Of a stretch of 64,000 nucleotides of DNA, positions 38,673 through 47,581 are shown piece by piece. The notes beneath the pieces were generated by a model. The model did not search any database. It worked only from the letters and a program-made list of their open reading frames with translations, and was not told the DNA's origin. Location: contig JAKATX010000001.1 of the NCBI GenBank assembly GCA_021818545.1, forward strand, positions 47,061-111,060, read 5' to 3'. Position 1 is the stretch's first letter, and every line of letters begins with the position of its first letter. The translations under genes were made by a program, and so were the position numbers. The DNA comes from Candidatus Micrarchaeota archaeon. Its GTDB lineage: Archaea > Micrarchaeota > Micrarchaeia > Micrarchaeales > Micrarchaeaceae.

Positions 38673-39776
38673 TTAGCCGCTGCTTTTATCGAAAGCCTGG
38701 CACCAGTCCTTAAGCTCCCCTGTTATTACGTGCCTTGATTTGGCAAGTTCATTTATGTTCCTGCATCCGCTTACGAACATCGCTGTCTTAAGCGCGAATA
38801 TTGTTTCTTCAAGGTACTCTATCACTTTATCGCTCGAAACCGTAGCTGGCCTGAGCAGCGGCCACGCCATGGCGCACAGGCTCGCGCCCATTGAAATCGC
38901 TTTTGCCATCTCAAGCCCTGTCCTTATGCCCCCCGAAGCTACTACCGGCAGCTTAACTGCATTCTTTACCCCATAAAGCGCTGCAGCAGTAGGTATGCCC
39001 CAGTCCCAGAATATGTTCCCGGCCTTGAACTTCACCGTGTTGTTTGCTTCCTTGGCGCGGTAAGATTCCACGCCCGACCAACTTGTGCCGCCCAGCCCGG
39101 CAATCTCTATGGCGCTTACCCCTGCCTTGGCTAGGCGCTTTGCCACAGTGTCGGATATGCCTGCGCCAACCTCCTTTGCCACTACGGGCTTCCCAAGATC
39201 CGATGTCATCTCCTTTATGCGTGAAAGGACATTGCTGAATTCCGCCTCGCCCTCGGGCTGTATGACTTCCTGAAGTGGATTCAGATGCACATAAAGCGCA
39301 TTCGCGTCGAGCATCTCTATCAGCTTCTTGGCATCCGAGACCTTGAAACCGTTTGAAAGCTGCGCGCCGCCTATGTTGGACCCTATGAATATGTCTGGCG
39401 CGACCTTCCTAGTTATCGCATACGTTTCTGCCAACGACTTTGACAGCAAGCCTGCCCTCTGGCTCCCCACTGCCATACCTATGCCGAGTTCCTGGGCAGC
39501 TTCCGCCAGATTCCTATTCACCTTTTTCGCTAGTTCGGCGCCTCCGGTCATCGCGCCTATGAAAACAGGGGCCTTGAACCTGTGACCAAGGAAACTCACT
39601 GACGTGTCTATGTCTTCAAAATTAACCTCGGGCAAAGCATCGTTGAACAGGCGCACATCCTCAAATAAAGTTGTGGCCTTCCTGCTCTGGACGGGCTTGT
39701 CAAGGCAGAGAGTTATCCCCTCCTCCTTGCGTTTCTCGATTATCTTTATCTTTTTACGCAGTTCGCCTTCATCCAT
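38673..39776 (-). CDS. fni: Type 2 isopentenyl-diphosphate delta-isomerase
   Basis: AMTGG, VGSQR, HLNPLQE.IQPEG, KEVGAG, GGTSW and ASGGIR motifs. Confidence 0.96.
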   Translation of the reverse strand: MDEGELRKKIKIIEKRKEEGITLCLDKPVQSRKATTLFEDVRLFNDALPEVNFEDIDTSVSFLGHRFKAPVFIGAMTGGAELAKKVNRNLAEAAQELGIGMAVGSQRAGLLSKSLAETYAITRKVAPDIFIGSNIGGAQLSNGFKVSDAKKLIEMLDANALYVHLNPLQEVIQPEGEAEFSNVLSRIKEMTSDLGKPVVAKEVGAGISDTVAKRLAKAGVSAIEIAGLGGTSWSGVESYRAKEANNTVKFKAGNIFWDWGIPTAAALYGVKNAVKLPVVASGGIRTGLEMAKAISMGASLCAMAWPLLRPATVSSDKVIEYLEETIFALKTAMFVSGCRNINELAKSRHVITGELKDWCQAFDKSSG

Positions 39777-39874
39777 TTTAACACACGCTGTATTGATTTA
39801 GTAAAAACAGCTTTAATAAGGCTACATTTAGGGACTTGTGCGCCAAACCGTGGATTTAAAACGGGCAGCGACGC

Positions 39875-40870
39875 TTAGGCCGCTGCGGAAAGACCCAGCT
39901 GGCTGCCGATGGTCTTTATCGCAGGCAGAGAGCATACTGAAGCATTGTTGTTTATCGATGGACATATCTCGGCTATGTATAAGTCTGCTGCTGCATATTC
40001 GCTCCATGAGAACTGGTCATTGAAGCTGGCCAATTGATTCAATATGTCTGAATGGGTCATCTTTGCTATGTACTGCCAGTTGGTAGTAGTTGCATTGTTG
40101 CCGAGTACCACCGCATCCGCGCCGCTGACGAGTGAACTGCCCCATAGGCTGAATGGGGTGCCTTCAAATTTTCCCGTGCCGTTCATGAAATCTATTGCGT
40201 TGTAATAGGTGGCATTTGGAGCATGGGACAGGAAGAACGGAAGAGGCTGTATCTCGAAGTGCCCGGTTATGGGCGATTCGTACTCAGCGGAAATGAAGTT
40301 TATACTGTTACTGGAGTAGTAATTGCCGAAGTCCGCGCCTGCTGGCGTAGTGGTGTTTGCCTGCACCCAGTAGATCGTAGGGACGTCGCCATCTTGTAGT
40401 GCGCTGTAGCCCTTGTATAGCTTGGAGAAACTGCCGAAGCGCGCGAGAGCCAAAGCCATCGCCCACCTGTTCTCGCCGCAGTACGGGCACGTAGTGGCGC
40501 CGATGTATATGACGCTGGGCTTGCCGTTTATCATGAACGGGCCGTATTGTGGCGTGTTGGCTACCAGCACCTCATTCACCAACGTGCCGTTCAGCAACTT
40601 CTCGCCCGCTATCTCATAATAGCTCAGGGGCTCGTTGTTTATTACGCCCAGGGCGGAGCTGTTTAACGGATCGTTTATTCCAGCAAGGGTGCCGTTCTGT
40701 GTTGGCTGTATCGAAGTTGTATTCTTGGGCGTCTGCTGCTGGATTATGTACTGGGGCTTGGTTATGCCTTGATATGCCACAATAGCGACAAGAAGCAGAA
40801 CTGCTGCGCCCAATATCACGTTAAGCGTTATAGACCTCGCCAGCATCTTCTTAGAGTCTTCCCTAGGCAT
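39875..40870 (-). CDS. Membrane-anchored thioredoxin-like DUF929 family protein
   Basis: N-terminal TM; GKPSVIYIGATTCPYCGENRWAMALALARFGSF. Confidence 0.8.
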   Translation of the reverse strand: MPREDSKKMLARSITLNVILGAAVLLLVAIVAYQGITKPQYIIQQQTPKNTTSIQPTQNGTLAGINDPLNSSALGVINNEPLSYYEIAGEKLLNGTLVNEVLVANTPQYGPFMINGKPSVIYIGATTCPYCGENRWAMALALARFGSFSKLYKGYSALQDGDVPTIYWVQANTTTPAGADFGNYYSSNSINFISAEYESPITGHFEIQPLPFFLSHAPNATYYNAIDFMNGTGKFEGTPFSLWGSSLVSGADAVVLGNNATTTNWQYIAKMTHSDILNQLASFNDQFSWSEYAAADLYIAEICPSINNNASVCSLPAIKTIGSQLGLSAAA

Positions 40871-41057
40871 TAATTAGCACCATTAACTGAAACGGTATTG
40901 TTATTATAGTAAATAAATATCTTTGTATAAGCTTAGAATATTCTCCATCGCGTTATCGCATTCGATTACATTGCGATGCATTTTGGGGCGCAATGGCGAA
41001 GTTGCCGGCAGGATCGAAAACATCTGTGTTTTGGATTTAGGGCAATGGTGGGTTTTT

Positions 41058-42074
41058 ATGCGGCACATTAGGGGCAATTTAAAGCTAGTTATTATATATG
41101 GGATTATAATAGCAGCTACGCTGCTGGGCTTCGCACTTTCGTCATTCATAGGGCAGCGTTACATTGTACTAGCAGGGCTTGGCATAGTGGCATATGTCTT
41201 CGGGTTGAGGCATGGTGTGGATGCGGACCACATAGCTGCGATAGACAACACTACGAGGAAGCTTATGCACGATGGGAAAAATCCAATCAGCGTGGGCACC
41301 TGGTTCTCGCTTGGACACTCCACCATAGTAATGGTAATGATAGTGGCGCTTATACTTGCGACCAGGCTTGTTTCAGGCTCCATACCTGCATTGCAGAACG
41401 CAGGCTCCATCATAGGGACTGCGGTGTCCGGAGGGTTCCTCTGGGTGATAGGGCTGATAAATGTGGCGGTCGTATTTGATTTGTACAGAGCCTTCAAGCA
41501 GACGCAGTCAAAAGGCAGGGATGCGGACATAGACGGGCTGTTAGAAAACCGCGGCTTCCTGAGCAGATATCTAGGCGGATTGTTCAAAACCATAAATGAA
41601 CCGTGGCAGATGTATCCAGTAGGAGTGCTCTTCGGATTAGGATTCGATACCGCGACGGAGGTCGGGCTTATGGCTATAAGCGTAGGCGTTGGCGTAACTT
41701 CTGCAGTGCCTTTATGGATGCCGCTTATATTGCCGCTCATGTTTACCTGTGGGATGGTGCTGGTAGACACCACAGACGGCGTCATGATGAACCTGGCTTA
41801 TGGCTGGGCTTTCATAAAGCCGATACGCAAGATATACTACAACCTTACGATAACCATAATATCGATACTGGTGGCGCTCGCGGTCGGGACCATAGAATTG
41901 CTGCAGGTATTCGCATCGGAGCTAGGGCTCGGGGGAGTTTTCTGGGGTTGGTTTGCAACCCTTGATTTTGAGACGCTGGGTTACTGGGTCATAGGGCTCT
42001 TTGTCTTCTCATGGGTAATAGCAATGGCGGTGTACAAGTACAAGGGCTTTGACAGGATAACTTTGAGCGCCTAG
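41058..42074 (+). CDS. High-affinity nickel/cobalt permease (NiCoT; HoxN/NixA family)
   Basis: GLRHGVDADHIAAIDNTTRK, FSLGHST and LFGLGFDTATE motifs. Confidence 0.94.
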   Translation: MRHIRGNLKLVIIYGIIIAATLLGFALSSFIGQRYIVLAGLGIVAYVFGLRHGVDADHIAAIDNTTRKLMHDGKNPISVGTWFSLGHSTIVMVMIVALILATRLVSGSIPALQNAGSIIGTAVSGGFLWVIGLINVAVVFDLYRAFKQTQSKGRDADIDGLLENRGFLSRYLGGLFKTINEPWQMYPVGVLFGLGFDTATEVGLMAISVGVGVTSAVPLWMPLILPLMFTCGMVLVDTTDGVMMNLAYGWAFIKPIRKIYYNLTITIISILVALAVGTIELLQVFASELGLGGVFWGWFATLDFETLGYWVIGLFVFSWVIAMAVYKYKGFDRITLSA

Positions 42075-42172
42075 GAATTCTGCATCATCTAATCGCAATA
42101 TGCAAAAAGCGGATAAAGGATGCGTTAGATTTGATGGATTTGCGAAATGCGGATACTGGTTAAATAGAAAAA

Positions 42173-42245
42173 CGCCTTGGCCGGGATTCGAACCCGGGTC
42201 ACAAGCGTGACAGGCTCGTATGCTAGACCACTACACTACCAAGGC
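42173..42245 (-). tRNA. tRNA-Asp(GTC)
   Basis: GCCTTGG/CCAAGGC-G acceptor, anticodon arm CGAGC-CT-GTC-AC-GCTTG, GGTTCGAATCC T-arm. Confidence 0.96.
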
Positions 42246-42370
42246 GCAGACCATAGCAAGCACGCCGTACACGAGGTGCAGCTGCATAAGCTAAGTCATA
42301 CAGTTTAAATGTTTAACATTTATATAGATTACAGGATTGACTTTTTCTTGTAGAGCGTCTGGATGGTTTC

Positions 42371-43255
42371 ATGCCCAAACAGTTCAATGAAGCGGATTTG
42401 AAGCGCAGGCTCAAGATAGGCATACTTGCGGACGTCGCTTTTTCTATCATACAATTTGCGGTAGGCATAATGTCAGGAAGCTTGGCTCTGATATCGAACG
42501 GCGGCCACGGGCTCACAGATGCGCTAAGCCTAGTTATATCGTTCATAGCTGCAAAGGTTTCGATGCGCGGTGCCAGCGATAAGAAGACTTACGGCTATGG
42601 CAGAATCACTATAATAGCCGCTTTGATAAACAGCGTTCTGCTCATATTGTTTGCAGTATTCATATTCGCCGAAGCTTACCAGAGGATACTCCACCCTACA
42701 CCTGTTGGTGGGCTCCCCATTGTCGCAACAGCCTTGTTCGGCATACTGATTAGCGGAGGGGTTACGGCCATTTTGAGGAAGCATAACAGCGACCTGAACG
42801 TGCGCAGCGTATCGCTGCACATGAGCTACGATGCAGTAGCGTACATAGGCACCCTGCTCGCAGGCATAATAATACTATTAACAGGCCAGACGATATTTGA
42901 CCCTCTAATCAGCATTATGATAGGAGTACTCATGATATTAGGCGCGTGGAAGATTTTGGAAGAGTCATTCCAGATACTGCTCGAGGGGTCTCCCAAATGG
43001 GTAAGCGTCAGCGCGGTTAGAGAGTCCATACGGAATAATAAATCCGTAAGCGAGGTTCATGACCTCCACATATGGTCCATTTCGTCCCAATATGCAGCAC
43101 TGAGCTGCCATCTTGTAATACGCGCAAAAGGCATGGATGAATGCGCAAGGACTGTTGCGGATGTGAAGAAAATGCTAAAGGCCGGATTTAATATAGAACA
43201 CGCAACAATAGAGATTGAGCTAAAGAACACGCATGTCGGCAAGGGACATAGATGA
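42371..43255 (+). CDS. Cation diffusion facilitator (CzcD/ZitB-like) metal exporter
   Basis: SLAL....H...D, TYGYGR, H...D in TM5, VHDLHIW and HATI motifs. Confidence 0.92.
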   Translation: MPKQFNEADLKRRLKIGILADVAFSIIQFAVGIMSGSLALISNGGHGLTDALSLVISFIAAKVSMRGASDKKTYGYGRITIIAALINSVLLILFAVFIFAEAYQRILHPTPVGGLPIVATALFGILISGGVTAILRKHNSDLNVRSVSLHMSYDAVAYIGTLLAGIIILLTGQTIFDPLISIMIGVLMILGAWKILEESFQILLEGSPKWVSVSAVRESIRNNKSVSEVHDLHIWSISSQYAALSCHLVIRAKGMDECARTVADVKKMLKAGFNIEHATIEIELKNTHVGKGHR

Positions 43256-43308
43256 ATGATGGTCGCGATTGGATCGGAGATTAATTTGCTGATATGCTTT
43301 GGAACATC

Positions 43309-43773
43309 CTATTTTGTTAGGCTTTCCGGACCAAAACCGAATGGCAGGAGAGCATCGATATCGCTTATTACAACCTTGTCCATTCTGGTGTTTGAAAAGA
43401 TGACTTCCATGCTGCTTTTCGAAATGCATGATGATTCATATAGCATCTGCCTGCAAGCCCCGCACGGAGCCGTGGGTTCTTTGGTGCCGCCCTTGGCGCT
43501 CTTTGCTATGATTGCTATCGCCTTAAACGACCTGTAGCCCATCGCGTTTGCCCTGACTATGGCCGATCGTTCTGCACATAAAGTGCTCCCATAAGCGGAA
43601 TTTTCTACATTGGAAGCGGTTATTATCTTGCCATTAGAAGTCAGAAGTGCAGCCCCTACATAAAACTTTGAGTAAGGCGCGTATGAGGTATCAGCAGCAT
43701 CCTTCGCCGAATCAAGAAGCTTGCGCTGGATTTTCGTAAGGTCTGCATATCTCAGGTAAGTTCCGCGCTTCAA
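43309..43773 (-). CDS. cdd: Cytidine deaminase (homotetrameric type)
   Basis: YAPYSKFYVGAA, NVEN..Y...LCAE and PCGACRQ motifs; start codon uncertain. Confidence 0.92.
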   Translation of the reverse strand: MKRGTYLRYADLTKIQRKLLDSAKDAADTSYAPYSKFYVGAALLTSNGKIITASNVENSAYGSTLCAERSAIVRANAMGYRSFKAIAIIAKSAKGGTKEPTAPCGACRQMLYESSCISKSSMEVIFSNTRMDKVVISDIDALLPFGFGPESLTK

Positions 43774-43855
43774 ATAAATCAGCCGTATTTGTCTAAAATA
43801 TTTATAATGACAAGCTATAAAATATACAAAGTGCAACCTTATCTGCGTGTATGAC

Positions 43856-44821
43856 ATGAGGTATTATAACAACGTCCTAGAAGCGATAGGCAATACACCA
43901 CTCATAAGGCTTAACAAAGTCATAAAGAAGAAGAATGTTACCGTGCTGGCCAAACTCGAATGCATGAATCCAGGAGGCAGCGTAAAGGATAGGGTCGGGG
44001 TAGGCATGATAGACAAGGCCGAGAAAATGGGCCTCATAAAGCCATCAGCTACAATAGTAGAGCCGACATCCGGGAATACAGGAGTGGGATTGGCCCAGGT
44101 AGCGGCGGTCAGAGGCTACAAATCCATCTTCGTAATGCCGGAAAAGATGAGCAAGGAGAAGGAGCTGTTGCTGCGCGCCTATGGCGCGGATGTAATAAGG
44201 ACCCCCACAGAGGCAGGCCCGGAGGATCCTAGAAGCAATTACAAGGTATCTGAGCGCATAGCGAAGGAGAAGAAAGGGGCTTTCAGGCCAAACCAGTATG
44301 CCAACAAGTACAATCCAATGGCGCATTTTGAGACCACGGGGCCTGAGATATGGCGAGACACCGATGGTAAGATCACCCATTTCGTTGCATGCCTCGGGAC
44401 AGGCGGCACAGTAAGCGGCACAGGAAGATTCTTGAAGGGCAAAAAGAAGGGCGTGAAGATCATAGGCGTGGACCCTGAAGGCTCCATATTCTATGACCGG
44501 TTTTACCACAAGAAGGAGCACTTCCACACTTATAAGCTGGAAGGCATAGGAGAAGACTTCATACCTGAGACGACGGATATGAACGCGATGGACGAAATGA
44601 TAAAAGTGAGTGACAAAGGAGCGTTCCTGATGGCGCGTGAACTTGTCAGGAAGGAAGGGCTTTTTGTCGGCGGTTCCTCTGGCGCTGCGGTCTTGGCAGC
44701 CAAGAAGCTGGTGAAGAACTTGAAAAGCGGTACCATTGTAGTATTGCTGCCGGATACAGGCAGGAACTATTTAAGCACTATATTCAATGATGACTGGATG
44801 AAAAGCAATGGGTTTATGTGA
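43856..44821 (+). CDS. Cystathionine beta-synthase / cysteine synthase family PLP enzyme
   Basis: NPGGSVKDR, EPTSGNTG, GTGGT and EGIG motifs. Confidence 0.92.
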   Translation: MRYYNNVLEAIGNTPLIRLNKVIKKKNVTVLAKLECMNPGGSVKDRVGVGMIDKAEKMGLIKPSATIVEPTSGNTGVGLAQVAAVRGYKSIFVMPEKMSKEKELLLRAYGADVIRTPTEAGPEDPRSNYKVSERIAKEKKGAFRPNQYANKYNPMAHFETTGPEIWRDTDGKITHFVACLGTGGTVSGTGRFLKGKKKGVKIIGVDPEGSIFYDRFYHKKEHFHTYKLEGIGEDFIPETTDMNAMDEMIKVSDKGAFLMARELVRKEGLFVGGSSGAAVLAAKKLVKNLKSGTIVVLLPDTGRNYLSTIFNDDWMKSNGFM

Positions 44822-44837
44822 AACTTTTGGTGAAATT

Positions 44838-46001
44838 ATGGAATTCGAAACTGAAGCTATACATGTTGGGGATGAGCCAAATCTTGAAGTGGGCGGCACT
44901 GGGGACATCAATACCCCGATACATCTGTCATCGACTTTCGCCAGGCGCGAAGTTGACAAGCCAACAGGCGGCTACGCTTACTCCAGAACAGATAATCCTA
45001 CGCGCCATGCGCTAGAGTCCAAGCTTGCTGCCATAGAAGGTGCCAAGCATGGCATAGCATTTTCTTCCGGCCTAGCTGCCGAAACGTCCCTGTTCCTTGC
45101 ACTACTTAAGGCAGGCGACAACATAGTCGCATTTGATGACCTTTATGGCGGCACGAAGAGGCTGCTGGACAAGGTTATGGCAAAATTCGGCGTATCGGTT
45201 ACGTACGTTGATGCAACAAACTCATCTAACGTTAGGAAAGCAATGCGCAAGAACACGCGGCTGGTATGGCTGGAAACACCTACGAACCCTTTGCTAAAGT
45301 TGTGTGACATACGCGCCATATCTTCCATAGCGCACGAACACGGCGCGGTCGTTGGCGTGGACAACACTTTTGCTACGCCTTACTTCCAGAGGCCGCTTGA
45401 GCTGTCTGCAGACGTATCTGTGTACAGCACAACGAAATACATAAACGGCCATAGCGATTCGATAGGCGGCGCGATAATGCTTTCGGATGAAACCCTTTAT
45501 GAAAAAATAAAATTCCTGCAGAACGCTGCCGGGACGCTCCTTTCGGCATTTGACAGCTATCTTGTAATGCGCGGGATAAAGACCCTACCGCTAAGGATGC
45601 GCGAGCATGGATTAAATGCGGTGAAGGTCGCAGAATTCTTGGAATCGCAAAGCGCAGTGTCCAAAGTGCGCTATCCTGGGTTAGAGAGCCATCCACAGCA
45701 TGAACTGGCCAAGAGACAGATGAACGGTTTTGGCGGGATGATAACATTCGAAGTCAAGGGCGGGCGGCGCGCCGCTATGAAGTTCTTGGAATCGCTGAGG
45801 CTGGTAAGCCTTGCGGAAGATCTGGGTGGCGTGAAGTCCTTGGCAGAACACCCAGCATCGATGACGCATTCCGAGATACCCAGAAAGGCCAGAGAGGAGC
45901 TTGGCATAAGTGAGGCTTTGATACGGCTTTCCGTAGGGCTTGAGAATGCGGATGATATAATAATGGACCTTAAGGCCACGCTGAAAGCCGTTGGGAGATG
46001 A
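44838..46001 (+). CDS. Cystathionine gamma-lyase/synthase family PLP enzyme
   Basis: YSR..NPTR, ETPTNP, DNTFATP, STTKYINGHSD and IRLSVGLE motifs. Confidence 0.93.
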   Translation: MEFETEAIHVGDEPNLEVGGTGDINTPIHLSSTFARREVDKPTGGYAYSRTDNPTRHALESKLAAIEGAKHGIAFSSGLAAETSLFLALLKAGDNIVAFDDLYGGTKRLLDKVMAKFGVSVTYVDATNSSNVRKAMRKNTRLVWLETPTNPLLKLCDIRAISSIAHEHGAVVGVDNTFATPYFQRPLELSADVSVYSTTKYINGHSDSIGGAIMLSDETLYEKIKFLQNAAGTLLSAFDSYLVMRGIKTLPLRMREHGLNAVKVAEFLESQSAVSKVRYPGLESHPQHELAKRQMNGFGGMITFEVKGGRRAAMKFLESLRLVSLAEDLGGVKSLAEHPASMTHSEIPRKAREELGISEALIRLSVGLENADDIIMDLKATLKAVGR

Positions 46002-46018
46002 CTGGAGCAACTATGGAA

Positions 46019-47311
46019 TCAGGGCTCTACCCTGTTCGCCATCCTTGGGAACGGTATTGCGTCTCTTATGTGATCCAGGTCTAGCATCCATTTCAAGAGA
46101 CGCTCGACGCCAAGGCCGAAACCGCTGTGTGGTATCGTGCCATACTTCCTTATGTCAGTGTACCAGTAGTAATCCTTCTCCTGCAGGCCGTATTTGTTCA
46201 GGCGGTCCGCCATTTCCTTGTAATCATATACCCTCTCGCTGCTCCCAACTATCTCGCCGTGACCGTGAGGCGCCTGCATGTCAGAGCATAACGCGAACTC
46301 AGGATTGTCTGGATCCTCGCGCATGTAGAAAGCCTTTATCTTCAATGGCCACTTGTATATGAAAATCGGCTTCTCCTCCTTTTCGGTCAGCACCTTCTCA
46401 TCCTCCGCGCCTATGTCATCCAGCCATTCCTTTTTGATCCCATTTTGTTTCAGCTGCTTAAGGGCCTCGTCATATGTGAGCCTCTTGAAAGGCGCCTTGA
46501 CCACTGAAAGCCTATTCGCATCAACGTTTAGCGATTGCAGGAGTGAACCCTGCTCCTTTACGAATCTCTGGCATACGTATTCTATCATGTCCTCCTGCAG
46601 CTTCATGTTGTCTTCCTGGGAGTAATAGCCTGCCTCAACTTCAAGATGCCAATACTCTGCGAGATGCTTTACTGTGCGCGACTTTTCCGCCCTGAAAGAA
46701 GGGACAAGGTCGTACACATGTTCCAACACCGGCACGAGAGCCTCAAGATACAATTGCGATGACTGCGTCAAGTATGCCTTTGTGCCGAAGAAATCTATGG
46801 CAAACATATCGGCTCCGCCCTCGCCCCCTGCCTTCGTTATGATAGGCGGCGTGACCTCCCAGAATTGCTTTTCTGATAAGAAGTCGCGCAAGTACTTGAA
46901 TAGGTAAGCCCTTGCCTTCAATATGCCGGTCATCTTTTGGCTCCTCAGCCACAGATGCCTCTTGTCCAACAGCAGTTCAGTACTTTGGAATTCCGTGATC
47001 GGAAAAGGTTCAGATATGCCGGTATTGGAAAAATTGGCGGCTTCTAGCTCGAAGCCCGTTGGGGCCCTCTTGTCTTCCTTAACGATGCCCTCTGCGATTA
47101 TGCTGGATTCTATCGTTGTATCGGTAACGGCCTTCCATGATGCTGCATCCACCTTGTCCTTCTTTACTGCTATTTGCATTGTGCCTGTGCTGTCACGCAT
47201 TATTATGAATGCGACGCCGCCGCTCTGCCTTTTCCTATGGACCCAGCCCGCTATGGTAACTTCCTTGTCCACGCTCTGCTCTGCCTGTTTTATATGTGAA
47301 AACTTTAGCAT
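46019..47311 (-). CDS. asnS: Asparaginyl-tRNA synthetase
   Basis: OB-fold GWVHRKR, YLTQSSQLYLE, FRAEKSRT.KHLAEYWHLE and PHSGFGLGVER motifs. Confidence 0.88.
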   Translation of the reverse strand: MLKFSHIKQAEQSVDKEVTIAGWVHRKRQSGGVAFIIMRDSTGTMQIAVKKDKVDAASWKAVTDTTIESSIIAEGIVKEDKRAPTGFELEAANFSNTGISEPFPITEFQSTELLLDKRHLWLRSQKMTGILKARAYLFKYLRDFLSEKQFWEVTPPIITKAGGEGGADMFAIDFFGTKAYLTQSSQLYLEALVPVLEHVYDLVPSFRAEKSRTVKHLAEYWHLEVEAGYYSQEDNMKLQEDMIEYVCQRFVKEQGSLLQSLNVDANRLSVVKAPFKRLTYDEALKQLKQNGIKKEWLDDIGAEDEKVLTEKEEKPIFIYKWPLKIKAFYMREDPDNPEFALCSDMQAPHGHGEIVGSSERVYDYKEMADRLNKYGLQEKDYYWYTDIRKYGTIPHSGFGLGVERLLKWMLDLDHIRDAIPFPRMANRVEP

Positions 47312-47359
47312 CAAATCACAACCGTGCAGCATTATCGCCGCCAACATGGCAGCGTTATT

Positions 47360-47461
47360 TCCCGTTGAGGTGAGTCGAACACCTAACCTGCCGGTATCTC
47401 CTTGTAAGTCCAAGAAGCCAACAAGCTACAGCCGGCCGCTCTGCCATTGAGCTACAACGGG
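47360..47461 (-). tRNA. tRNA-Tyr(GTA) with 30-nt intron at canonical position 37/38 (intron 47396-47425)
   Basis: CCCGTTG/CAACGGG-A acceptor (C1-G72); GCCGG-CT-GTA-G[intron]A-CCGGC; TTCGA T-loop. Confidence 0.93.
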
Positions 47462-47581
47462 AACATACACTATTTTACAACCTAATTTAAATCACTTTCT
47501 TTGGTAAGGCAGCCCCGTGAGCAAACATTATAAAATGTGTAATCAAAACGTTTAGGTGGATGCCGATTATCGGAATGTAAT

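Noticed and set aside
42173..42245. tRNA-Asp or tRNA-Tyr as the attachment site of an integrated element
   Set aside because: No duplicated tRNA 3' end and no integrase seen in the window
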